Virus record (IMG/VR): IMGVR_UViG_3300031841_004047
Reading direction: 5' to 3' (one strand)
Source of the DNA: a virus
DNA length: 64,000 nt
The translations under genes were made by a program, and so were the position numbers. Under the pieces are notes generated by a model. That model searched no databases. It was given only the letters and a program-made list of their open reading frames with translations, and was not told the origin of the DNA. Below, one piece after another: positions 56,308-64,000 of this stretch (position 1 is its first letter; every line of letters begins with the position of its first letter).

Positions 56308-56901
56308 ATGTATAGAGAAAACAACCCTATAGGGATACCAAATATAAGAAATTATAAATTATCAGAAACACCTGATATATTCAATGACATATATAATAGT
56401 TCATATTGGAAACACGGTGATGGTTCAGGTGGCAATTCTCAACCTCACATTGTTTTAGACTTATTTCCTATACTAGATGAGATATTTGAAACATATGATA
56501 TCACAACAGTTGCTGACTTAGGATGTGGTTCACACTATGTATTCAAAGACTACAAATGGCCTGATTATATACAATACACTGGATACGATGCATCTAAACT
56601 AGCCATAGAAAGAGCTAATAATAATTGTAATAGAAATGACTTTACTTTTGTAGAATGCTACGACTTCAATGAAATACCGCCATGTGATTTTTTACTCGTA
56701 AAAGATGTAGTATGTCATTGGCATGTAGACTTATTAAATAGCTTCATTGACAATATTATCCCTAAATTTAAATATACTGCTATTATAGGAGGTGTTGATA
56801 TTACACTAACTAAAAAGATAGAGAAAGATTGTACAACTAATTGGTTCATGAAAACTGGAAAGGATATAGACTATGGTATCTGGTTATTTTCAAACATGTA
56901 G
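56308..56901 (+). CDS. Class I SAM-dependent methyltransferase
   Basis: SGGNS, VADLGCG, YTGYDAS, LLVKDVVCHW. Confidence 0.78.
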   Translation: MYRENNPIGIPNIRNYKLSETPDIFNDIYNSSYWKHGDGSGGNSQPHIVLDLFPILDEIFETYDITTVADLGCGSHYVFKDYKWPDYIQYTGYDASKLAIERANNNCNRNDFTFVECYDFNEIPPCDFLLVKDVVCHWHVDLLNSFIDNIIPKFKYTAIIGGVDITLTKKIEKDCTTNWFMKTGKDIDYGIWLFSNM

Positions 56902-57493
56902 TTGTCCATACTGCATAAAGAACGGTGGATGGCCTAACTTAAAGTTTGTAAAAACTATTGATAGATTCTGGTTTGAAACTCCAAAGAATGCTTCTGTATC
57001 TATAAAATGGGAATGTGGGATAAATAAAAGTTCTAGAACTAAAGCCAAGATGACAGAAGGTGATAAAGCTATACTGGTGTATAGAGATCCAATCGTTAGG
57101 TTTAAGAGTACTTTAATTCATTACTTCCACGAATCTGGTTTAAGATTTAAAAATCACAAGGGTAAAAGATTTCCAGATGGAATTGGATTCTTTAAAGACT
57201 TGGGCTATAATATAGAAGAAATTAATATCGGTAAAAGAGTGGATATTATACTAGATAATTTAAATGTTCTTTCGACAAAATATGAAGTACATCATTGGTG
57301 GCCACAAGTTAATTTCTTTGATACTAATAATGTGGATATAATTCCTATGGAAAAAGTGAACGAAGTATTCAATATAAGTAGAAAAAGAAACGTCGCACCA
57401 AAAAAGGTTGATTTGAAATTTACAAAGGAACAAAGACAAAAAATAATTAAAGTCTATGAAGAAGATTATAACTATTTTGAAGGAAAGATATAA
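56873..57493 (+). CDS. Sulfotransferase family protein
   Basis: ETPKNASVSIK (5'-PSB), YRDPIVRFKS (3'-PB), HWWPQ, YEEDY. Confidence 0.75.
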   Translation: MVSGYFQTCSCPYCIKNGGWPNLKFVKTIDRFWFETPKNASVSIKWECGINKSSRTKAKMTEGDKAILVYRDPIVRFKSTLIHYFHESGLRFKNHKGKRFPDGIGFFKDLGYNIEEINIGKRVDIILDNLNVLSTKYEVHHWWPQVNFFDTNNVDIIPMEKVNEVFNISRKRNVAPKKVDLKFTKEQRQKIIKVYEEDYNYFEGKI

Positions 57494-58201
57494 ATGAAAG
57501 TAGCAGCAGTTTATTCTGGCCTATATCGTGAATTTGATGGATGGGATAGAAATCATGAAAAAATAACAAAATATTGTGATGATGTTCTTTATACTACTTG
57601 GAAAGGTAAACCAAAACCAAATAAAAAAGTTGTTACATTTTCTGAACCAATCATAGACTATAAACCAATGCAGATTCCAGAGGTTGTACGAAGATGGCCT
57701 CGTATGATAAGTCACTTTGATAATCCGGGTCAGATGTGGCTAACTAAGCAAATAGTCGCACATCAGTATGCCTGTGATTATATAGGGGCAGAAAACTATG
57801 ATGTAATTATAAGAATGAGGTATGACATATGGTTAGGAAATCAAGATTGGAAAGGATTCATTGATAAAGTATCAGAAGAGAAAGTAGTCATATCATTTGG
57901 TGGATGGAGTGGAGAGATGGATAGAAATAAAAATATATGTGAAGAATTAATAATCCCTACTCCAAAAAATGGCGGTACGAAAATGGAAGGACAAATGCTT
58001 GATTTTATGAATATTCACCCAGGTTATAAAATGAAAGATGGTGTAAGACTTCATAATGAAAAAAAACTTATGCCCGCCAATCTGGGTTGGCAACAAGTTT
58101 TAGCTGATCCGTATCCAGAGGAAACTATTAATTACGGTGGAGGGGCTATGTTATCTAGATATAGAGAAAAATCTTTTCATCATATCCCAGGAGGAATTTG
58201 A
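57494..58201 (+). CDS. Glycan-biosynthesis protein (putative glycosyltransferase), paralogue 1
   Basis: KVAAVYSGLYR, YTTW, YDVIIRMRYDI. Confidence 0.55.
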   Translation: MKVAAVYSGLYREFDGWDRNHEKITKYCDDVLYTTWKGKPKPNKKVVTFSEPIIDYKPMQIPEVVRRWPRMISHFDNPGQMWLTKQIVAHQYACDYIGAENYDVIIRMRYDIWLGNQDWKGFIDKVSEEKVVISFGGWSGEMDRNKNICEELIIPTPKNGGTKMEGQMLDFMNIHPGYKMKDGVRLHNEKKLMPANLGWQQVLADPYPEETINYGGGAMLSRYREKSFHHIPGGI

Positions 58202-58207
58202 TTATAA

Positions 58208-58858
58208 ATGGAAAATAGAATTGTTTTAGAAGTTGGATGCAGTGACGGTTTTGATACGCTTAAACTTAGAAAAAAGTTTAACTTACCAGTATATGGCTTT
58301 GAACCAGTACCACAGAATTTTAAACATTTAAATAAAATTATGGAAAACGATAAAAACATTCATATTTATCAGACGGCCATAGATATCAATGATGGAGAAA
58401 GTGATTTTTATTTAAGCGATCCGTATGGTGAGAACGGAAAATTTACAGACGGTACAAATAGGGTTATACATCCTTATGGTTGCAGCAGTTTGTATCAATT
58501 TAACGATGATATACATGAAAAATGGCATGGAAGACCAGACTTTAATATGGTTGAAAAAATAACAGTAAAAACCAAACGTCTTGATACATTCTTAAGCGAA
58601 AATAATTTTGATGGAGAGATCGAGTATCTACACTGTGATGCTCAAGGTCATGATGTTAAAGTTCTTGAAAGTTTAGGAGATTATATTAGATGCGTTAAGC
58701 AAGGTAATATAGAAGTAGCTGGTAAAACTGAGCTGTATAAAGGAACCAACAATAATATTAGAGCTGCTAAAATTCTTCTAGCAAAGAAAGGTTTTCTGAT
58801 TACTAATAACCCAAATACAAAAAATCATGAAACTGACGTGAATTTTAAAAGGATGTAG
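58208..58858 (+). CDS. FkbM-family methyltransferase
   Basis: LEVGCSDG, YGFEPVP, KRLDTF, LHCDAQGHDVKVL. Confidence 0.85.
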   Translation: MENRIVLEVGCSDGFDTLKLRKKFNLPVYGFEPVPQNFKHLNKIMENDKNIHIYQTAIDINDGESDFYLSDPYGENGKFTDGTNRVIHPYGCSSLYQFNDDIHEKWHGRPDFNMVEKITVKTKRLDTFLSENNFDGEIEYLHCDAQGHDVKVLESLGDYIRCVKQGNIEVAGKTELYKGTNNNIRAAKILLAKKGFLITNNPNTKNHETDVNFKRM

Positions 58859-58859
58859 T

Positions 58860-59597
58860 ATGAAAGTCGCGGTTTGTTTATCCGGTATATGTCGAGGAGA
58901 CATCAGTAAAAACTTAGAAATAATGAAAGAACATTTTCCTTATGACTACTACTTTGCAACCTGGAAAAATTCAGAAATTCATGAAAGTATAAAGGATGAA
59001 GTATTTTATATAGATGAACCCGACATGCATTATCATCCTATACTAGACGTAGAAAAAATGAAGCATCCAAAATTACAAAATATAAAGAAAGAAATGTTAT
59101 CTTTTGGAACTCCTTTAAGTGGAAAAAAATATAAAGAAAGAATATTACACCATACAAAACAGATAATCATTCATAACGAATTATTAAAATTAATTCCAGA
59201 TGATTATGATATGATAATACGTATAAGATATGATACTAGACTATCTAAAAAAGTAGATTTCTCTAAGTATTTAAAAATGTCATATGATAAAAAACTTTCT
59301 ATTGGATTTGGGACTAGAACTTCACGATATAAGAATTTCAATGATTTATATGAGATACCAAAAATATACATAAGACATGATACACCAGACAGTGTAAGCA
59401 GAGACTGGTCTTACTACTTAATGGATCCAATGATTTTTCATCCGAGATCCATGTTTAAAGATAGATTAGTCAAAAGATTACATGAACAAAAAAAATTACT
59501 TCCAGCTGAGTATGGTTGGTATCAGATATTATCAGAACCATATGGAGATAACCATTTGTCCGTTTATGGTGGAGCACAGATAGAAAAGTATTTGTGA
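58860..59597 (+). CDS. Glycan-biosynthesis protein (putative glycosyltransferase), paralogue 2
   Basis: KVAVCLSGICR, FATW, YDMIIRIRYDT. Confidence 0.55.
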   Translation: MKVAVCLSGICRGDISKNLEIMKEHFPYDYYFATWKNSEIHESIKDEVFYIDEPDMHYHPILDVEKMKHPKLQNIKKEMLSFGTPLSGKKYKERILHHTKQIIIHNELLKLIPDDYDMIIRIRYDTRLSKKVDFSKYLKMSYDKKLSIGFGTRTSRYKNFNDLYEIPKIYIRHDTPDSVSRDWSYYLMDPMIFHPRSMFKDRLVKRLHEQKKLLPAEYGWYQILSEPYGDNHLSVYGGAQIEKYL

Positions 59598-59604
59598 GGA
59601 AAAG

Positions 59605-60300
59605 ATGAAAGCTTATGCGATTGTAGTGAAAAATAATGAAACTTCACAAATAGGTTACGAAAAACTTGTTGAGAGTTTCTGGAAAGTAGGAAATGAGTTT
59701 CCGCTGATAATGTATGAAGCTATTACTCCAGATAACGTCGACAAAGAAATGAGAGACAATAAGATCCAATGGAACTATCCTTGGGAGGGTAGTGTAATTG
59801 ATTTTGCTACAGGATTAACTAAAACGTCTTATCGTACTAAAAATAAAAAGGCTCGTATGGCGTGTAGTATGAGTCATTTTTCATTATGGCAGTTATGTTA
59901 TGAAACCAATGAACCCCTTATTATCTTTGAGCATGACTCACTTTGCCTTACAAAAATAGATTTTGATCCAGATGACACCGGTTTTCAAATAGTTGGTTTA
60001 AATAATCCTCTTGGAGCTACTCGTAAATCAAACATCTATTATGAGAAAATTATGTCTAAGTCTCAGCCATTTCAGTTGGCTCCATATATAGATGACGACT
60101 TAAAAATTCCACAGGGTTTAGCTGGTAATTCTTGCTACATGATAAAACCAAGTGGAGCTGAACAACTTATTAGTCTCATATATAAGTATGGATTATGGCC
60201 AAACGATGCTATTATGTGCAGACAGCTTGTAAATGGTCTAGGTGTAAGTAGAAAATTCTATACAAGAGTTCAAGGGCTGCCGTCAACAACGAGTGACTAG
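59605..60300 (+). CDS. GT25 glycosyltransferase
   Basis: YEAITP, ACSMSHFSLW, IIFEHD, YMIKPSGAEQL, PNDA. Confidence 0.82.
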   Translation: MKAYAIVVKNNETSQIGYEKLVESFWKVGNEFPLIMYEAITPDNVDKEMRDNKIQWNYPWEGSVIDFATGLTKTSYRTKNKKARMACSMSHFSLWQLCYETNEPLIIFEHDSLCLTKIDFDPDDTGFQIVGLNNPLGATRKSNIYYEKIMSKSQPFQLAPYIDDDLKIPQGLAGNSCYMIKPSGAEQLISLIYKYGLWPNDAIMCRQLVNGLGVSRKFYTRVQGLPSTTSD

Positions 60301-60309
60301 GAGGTTATT

Positions 60310-60519
60310 ATGAAACAAGATGAAGGCTTAAATTTAGATGTAACTGGTAATGAACAGTATAGGAGAGAACTTATCGCTGTTCAACAAGAAAATGAAATAC
60401 TTAAAAAAAATATCAATGATTTACAGGGACAGCTGCAATCCACTTATCACCGAATAAAAGTGTTAATACGTGATTTAGAAAATATGAAAAGAATAGTAGA
60501 CTTTAACGGAGTTGAATAA
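60310..60519 (+). CDS. Coiled-coil hypothetical protein
   Basis: GGAGG RBS; heptad pattern. Confidence 0.7.
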   Translation: MKQDEGLNLDVTGNEQYRRELIAVQQENEILKKNINDLQGQLQSTYHRIKVLIRDLENMKRIVDFNGVE

Positions 60520-61184
60520 TGAAAGCCTTTGTTATTTGTATTGACGAAATAGAACAATCTGTGCAAGCAGCAGAAAGATGCATAAAGTCTGGAGCCAGTA
60601 GAGGCGTGGATGTGAAGAAATTTAAAGCAGTTACTCCGAATGATGACTATGAAAATATATTGAAAGAAGAAAAAATTCCCGTAGACAAGTTCATTGAAGA
60701 CAGCAGAAAATATTCGAGATACGATAGAGTAATTTGTGCTTTTTTGTCTCATTACTCTTTATGGAAAAAGTGTTCTGAACAACGTGATAATTTTTTAATC
60801 TTAGAACACGATGCTTACTTCGATAACGTAATCTCTACAAACGTTAAGTACCATACCGAAGATGTAGTCTCAATAGGTGCTCCATCATACGGAAAATTTA
60901 ATACACCCAACATGCTAGGAATCGGTCCTCTTGTCTCTAAGAGTTATTTCCCTGGAGCTCACGCATATATAATTTCACCAAAGGGTGCTAAAAAAGCTAT
61001 TGAAAAAGCAAAGACCGATGCTGGTCCAACCGATGTATTCTTCGGGTATCACAACTTTAATAACCTAAAAGAGTTCTATCCTTGGCCCATATCAGTAAAA
61101 GAAAGTTTTAGTACCATTCAAAGAGAAAGTGGCTGTTTGGCTAAACACGCCTATAAAGACGGAGTTGGTTATGGCATTGTTTAA
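60519..61184 (+). CDS. GT25 glycosyltransferase
   Basis: CAFLSHYSLW, LILEHDA, GAHAYIISPKGA. Confidence 0.82.
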   Translation: MKAFVICIDEIEQSVQAAERCIKSGASRGVDVKKFKAVTPNDDYENILKEEKIPVDKFIEDSRKYSRYDRVICAFLSHYSLWKKCSEQRDNFLILEHDAYFDNVISTNVKYHTEDVVSIGAPSYGKFNTPNMLGIGPLVSKSYFPGAHAYIISPKGAKKAIEKAKTDAGPTDVFFGYHNFNNLKEFYPWPISVKESFSTIQRESGCLAKHAYKDGVGYGIV

Positions 61185-61842
61185 AAAAATGTTCTTGACT
61201 GGATGTGATGAAAAAAATGAGTGGATGGTCGAATGGTTTCTCGGAAACTACAGGGAACATAATAAAGAAGTACCTATAGCCTTTGCTGATTTTGGAGTAA
61301 GTAAGAAATTTAATAAATGGGCTAAGAAAAACTTTGATCATTACATAGATATGACACAAATAGTAGATCAAGGATGGTTTAAAAAACCTAAGAGTATGAT
61401 TTCAGCTTCAAAACTATCTCGAAGAACTTGTTGGCTCGATACAGATCTTCAAATACTCGCGAACATAGAGGACATATTTGAATATTTAGAACCTAATAGA
61501 TTAGCGATGGTTGAAGACAAACCTTGGACAAAAAGAAGACAAGACATAAGAGGTCTACAATATTACAATTCAGGAGTGGTTGCATTCGAGAATTGTCCTC
61601 AGATTTTACATCAATGGGCTTATAATGTTGAAACAAGACCACAACAAGGAGATCAAGAAACACTTCATGCCATGATGGATTCACCACTTACACAAAGGGT
61701 ATATATTACTGAACTGCCTAATGAATACAATTGGCTTCGTTTACAATTAGAGCACGACAACCAAGATAGTAATAAAAAAAGAATTATTCACTGGACAGGG
61801 CCAAAGGGTAAAACTAGAATAAAGGAATTAATTAATGGGTGA
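61171..61842 (+). CDS. GT-A glycosyltransferase (GT8-like)
   Basis: WLDTD (DxD), YNSGVV, GDQETL, EYNW, IIHWTG. Confidence 0.78.
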   Translation: MALFKKMFLTGCDEKNEWMVEWFLGNYREHNKEVPIAFADFGVSKKFNKWAKKNFDHYIDMTQIVDQGWFKKPKSMISASKLSRRTCWLDTDLQILANIEDIFEYLEPNRLAMVEDKPWTKRRQDIRGLQYYNSGVVAFENCPQILHQWAYNVETRPQQGDQETLHAMMDSPLTQRVYITELPNEYNWLRLQLEHDNQDSNKKRIIHWTGPKGKTRIKELING

Positions 61843-62497
61843 TGTAGCACATCTTATCGGTAATGGAAAAAGTACTGGATTCTATACACCGGCTAAAGGA
61901 TTAAAAATCGCGTGTAATCTGCCACCGTTTGAAGTACCTAATCTTTACACCACTGTTATCGTTGATTTTAAAATGATGAATGCTATCCATAAAGGTGATA
62001 TTGTTGTACCAGGTGATTGGGTTCTTGGTGCAAGACCACATAAATGGATGGAGCTAAAGAACGACTTTTATATCAAGTATTCTACTCAAATAAAAGAATT
62101 TTATTTGACACTTCCAAAATATGCTGGTAACTACACTGATTTTAATTGTGGACATATGGCAACTCATTGGCTAGCAAATAAAATGAAAAGAAAAGAAATT
62201 CACATGTACGGATTTGATTCTATTTTTGAGTTTGATACTACAAGCATGTCTGATACGTTTATGAATTCAGTAAGAGACAATATGAATACCGAAAGACTAA
62301 CTTCCAAATGGAGACCTATTTGGAAAGGTATATTTAATGAATTTAAAGATACTGAATTTATCTTATATCACGACATTGGAAAACCCTCTTTCAAAATGCC
62401 TGACAATGTAACTATCAAAACAGATAACAAGGGCAAAAGAGCTGTAAGAAAGAAAACCGAAGAGCCATTTGATAAAACTAAATTGAGTAATGCATAA
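61835..62497 (+). CDS. Putative glycosyltransferase (sialyltransferase/MAF-like fold)
   Basis: HLIGNGKS, CGHMA, IHMYGFD. Confidence 0.5.
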   Translation: MGDVAHLIGNGKSTGFYTPAKGLKIACNLPPFEVPNLYTTVIVDFKMMNAIHKGDIVVPGDWVLGARPHKWMELKNDFYIKYSTQIKEFYLTLPKYAGNYTDFNCGHMATHWLANKMKRKEIHMYGFDSIFEFDTTSMSDTFMNSVRDNMNTERLTSKWRPIWKGIFNEFKDTEFILYHDIGKPSFKMPDNVTIKTDNKGKRAVRKKTEEPFDKTKLSNA

Positions 62498-62503
62498 ATA
62501 CTA

Positions 62504-62532
62504 TTTACAACCAAATCAATTTAGTATATAAT
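62504..62532 (+). promoter_or_regulatory. Early promoter
   Basis: TTTACA-N17-TATAAT. Confidence 0.8.
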
Positions 62533-62539
62533 ATTACTT

Positions 62540-62944
62540 ATGTTCTATCATGTAAAAAAACGTCCTGAAAATATATCCTTTGAATTTCTTGATGAAGTAT
62601 TCACATTTGCCGAGTACTTTCTCGGATTTGATGAAAATCTTATGATAACAATAGACTTCAAGCTATTGGATGACAACGTATATGGATACGCTGAACCTGA
62701 AGACTTTAACGAATACATTATTGAGGTTCACTCACATCTAACAGAGAAAGATGTGGTCAAGACTATTTTTCATGAACTGATACACGTAAGACAGTTTATA
62801 GACGGTAAGCTTGATGAAGATGGAATGACTTGGTTAGGTATAAAATACAAATCCACCTCCATGCCTTATCATGAACTACCTTGGGAGGAAGAAGCTCATA
62901 GAGTCGAGGGTCTTATGAGTAAAGAGTTCTTTCAGGGTAGATAG
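62540..62944 (+). CDS. HExxH zinc metallopeptidase-like protein
   Basis: TIFHELIHVRQ, YHELPWEEEA. Confidence 0.78.
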   Translation: MFYHVKKRPENISFEFLDEVFTFAEYFLGFDENLMITIDFKLLDDNVYGYAEPEDFNEYIIEVHSHLTEKDVVKTIFHELIHVRQFIDGKLDEDGMTWLGIKYKSTSMPYHELPWEEEAHRVEGLMSKEFFQGR

Positions 62945-63016
62945 TGACAAATATGTTACAGTTTTATGTTTTTGAGAAAAAAATGCACTTAAAATGAAAA
63001 AAATACATTTTAGGGG

Positions 63017-63045
63017 TTTACAAACCACTTTACTTATATTATATT
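63017..63045 (+). promoter_or_regulatory. Strong early promoter with A-rich UP element
   Basis: GGGG-TTTACA-N17-TATATT; poly-A tracts upstream. Confidence 0.75.
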
Positions 63046-63069
63046 AGTATTATAAGGAATGAGGAAAAC

Positions 63070-63366
63070 ATGAAAAATCAAACCGTGAAATTCTGGACAG
63101 AAACTCCACTGAACGCAATCGATCAATTGATGGATCGTACTTTTAGTTGGGCTCATGACAATGATGATCTGGCTGACATGTATCTTGAAGATCTAGATGA
63201 CTACAAAAAGGCAGTATCCTTTTTCCGTCAATCAGATGCAGAAGCTCTTAGCAGTCATATCGATTACATGGATACTTCTCCACGTGAACAGTTGGTCATC
63301 GCTTTCCAAGAAGACTTAGGTTCTGATTTTGTAAGAAATGTTTTAGGTTACGAGGTGGAGGTATAA
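63070..63366 (+). CDS. Hypothetical early protein
   Basis: GAGGA RBS; first gene after an early promoter. Confidence 0.75.
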   Translation: MKNQTVKFWTETPLNAIDQLMDRTFSWAHDNDDLADMYLEDLDDYKKAVSFFRQSDAEALSSHIDYMDTSPREQLVIAFQEDLGSDFVRNVLGYEVEV

Positions 63367-63368
63367 TT

Positions 63369-63734
63369 ATGTCTTGGAACCCAAATAACGCCGAATGGGG
63401 TTGCACTAAAGTAACAAAAGAGCTTGTTGACAAGCTTTCAAATCTCGACCACTTTCCCTTTCAAGGTGAAGTTGAAGATAAGAAAAACAACCCCGCTCTG
63501 GAAAAGTTTCGTAGAGCACAAAACGTTGTCTATGACATCTTCAATAATGCTTTAGGTAATCAGGCTCGTAAATGTCGTTTTGCACTTAATGGTCTGACTA
63601 AAGCTGATCTTGCACTGCCAACATACTATTATGGTCAATACTACCCTGGCAACTGGGACCAAGTCGAAGAACTCGTTGAGGAAAAATTCACTCCAATCGT
63701 AATGGCTGCCGCCAAAGAACAAGGACTTATCTAA
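63369..63734 (+). CDS. Hypothetical early protein
   Basis: GGAGG RBS; KFRRAQNVVYDIFNNALGN. Confidence 0.75.
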   Translation: MSWNPNNAEWGCTKVTKELVDKLSNLDHFPFQGEVEDKKNNPALEKFRRAQNVVYDIFNNALGNQARKCRFALNGLTKADLALPTYYYGQYYPGNWDQVEELVEEKFTPIVMAAAKEQGLI

Positions 63735-63907
63735 TGAACGATAAAGAATTCATTGCTGAAGAATACCGCCGCATTAATCCTGAGCCAGTACTCAGCAGTC
63801 TTGAAGAAATGTTGGAAGATGACTACACTGCATGGTGTAAATCCAACCGCGATCCTAGAATCACGTCATTTCTCAAAGCGAAGTTTTTTAGGTCTAGTAA
63901 TGTCTAA
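63734..63907 (+). CDS. Hypothetical protein (57 aa, below cut-off)
   Basis: TAATG-coupled; MNDKEFIAEEYRRINP. Confidence 0.55.
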   Translation: MNDKEFIAEEYRRINPEPVLSSLEEMLEDDYTAWCKSNRDPRITSFLKAKFFRSSNV

Positions 63908-64000
63908 TCAATATTTTCAAGCTCTCGCAACATCTGCTGGTATCCTTGCACTTGACATTTTACAGAATGATTTCCATCGTCCTGTGGTGAATAAGAAATG
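63900..64000 (+). CDS. Hypothetical protein, runs off the window
   Basis: ATG 63900, MSNQYFQALATSAG..., open to the end. Confidence 0.4.
   Translation, partial: MSNQYFQALATSAGILALDILQNDFHRPVVNKK

Noticed and set aside
4090-61687. Numerous minus-strand and alternate-frame ORFs of 60-160 aa in the ORF track (e.g. 17505-17987, 20741-21136, 44863-45243)
   Set aside because: They lie fully over well-supported + strand genes and have no RBS or recognisable motifs; they are shadow ORFs.
53749-62497. Glycan island as contaminating bacterial DNA
   Set aside because: It has the same strand, AT content, tight gene coupling and phage-type promoter as its flanks, and no transport or housekeeping genes.
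1-64000. tRNA, rRNA or CRISPR arrays
   Set aside because: No cloverleaf/T-loop (GTTCGA..CC) in intergenic space and no regularly spaced repeat-spacer series were seen by eye.

Overview
A 64-kb segment of a large T4-like (myovirus) phage genome, AT-rich, with essentially all credible genes on the + strand and a gene order like marine T4-like phages. Host is probably an alphaproteobacterium (inference from the DUF1127, aa3 oxidase subunit IV-like and ROSE-like elements). Layout: 1-17.8 kb neck, packaging, tail and head genes (gp13-gp23, gp3). 17.9-32.8 kb recombination, replication and late-transcription core (uvsY, uvsW, gp55, gp47, gp46, gp45, gp44, gp62, regA, gp43), with inserted host-type genes (ATP-dependent PEP carboxykinase, hsp20 behind a ROSE-like RNA thermometer, DUF1127). 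32.8-45.4 kb a nucleotide/DNA-hypermodification region: T4 gp42-like dCMP hydroxymethylase, beta-glucosyltransferase-like enzyme, UDP-sugar dehydrogenase, cupins, nucleotidyltransferase-HAD fusion, PMM-like HAD, atypical C5 methyltransferase, UDG-like protein and nucleases. 45.5-50.6 kb uvsX, gp41, thyX and a cell-wall hydrolase. 50.6-53.7 kb a late structural island. 53.7-62.5 kb a 13-gene glycan synthesis/decoration island. The best candidate for an undescribed system is a replisome-coupled cytosine hypermodification pathway using a phage-made, probably non-glucose sugar; its glycosyltransferase and methyltransferase carry the same clamp-binding-like peptide (LEDFF/LEEFL) as the DNA polymerase. 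Family assignments come from motifs recalled by eye; no database search was run.
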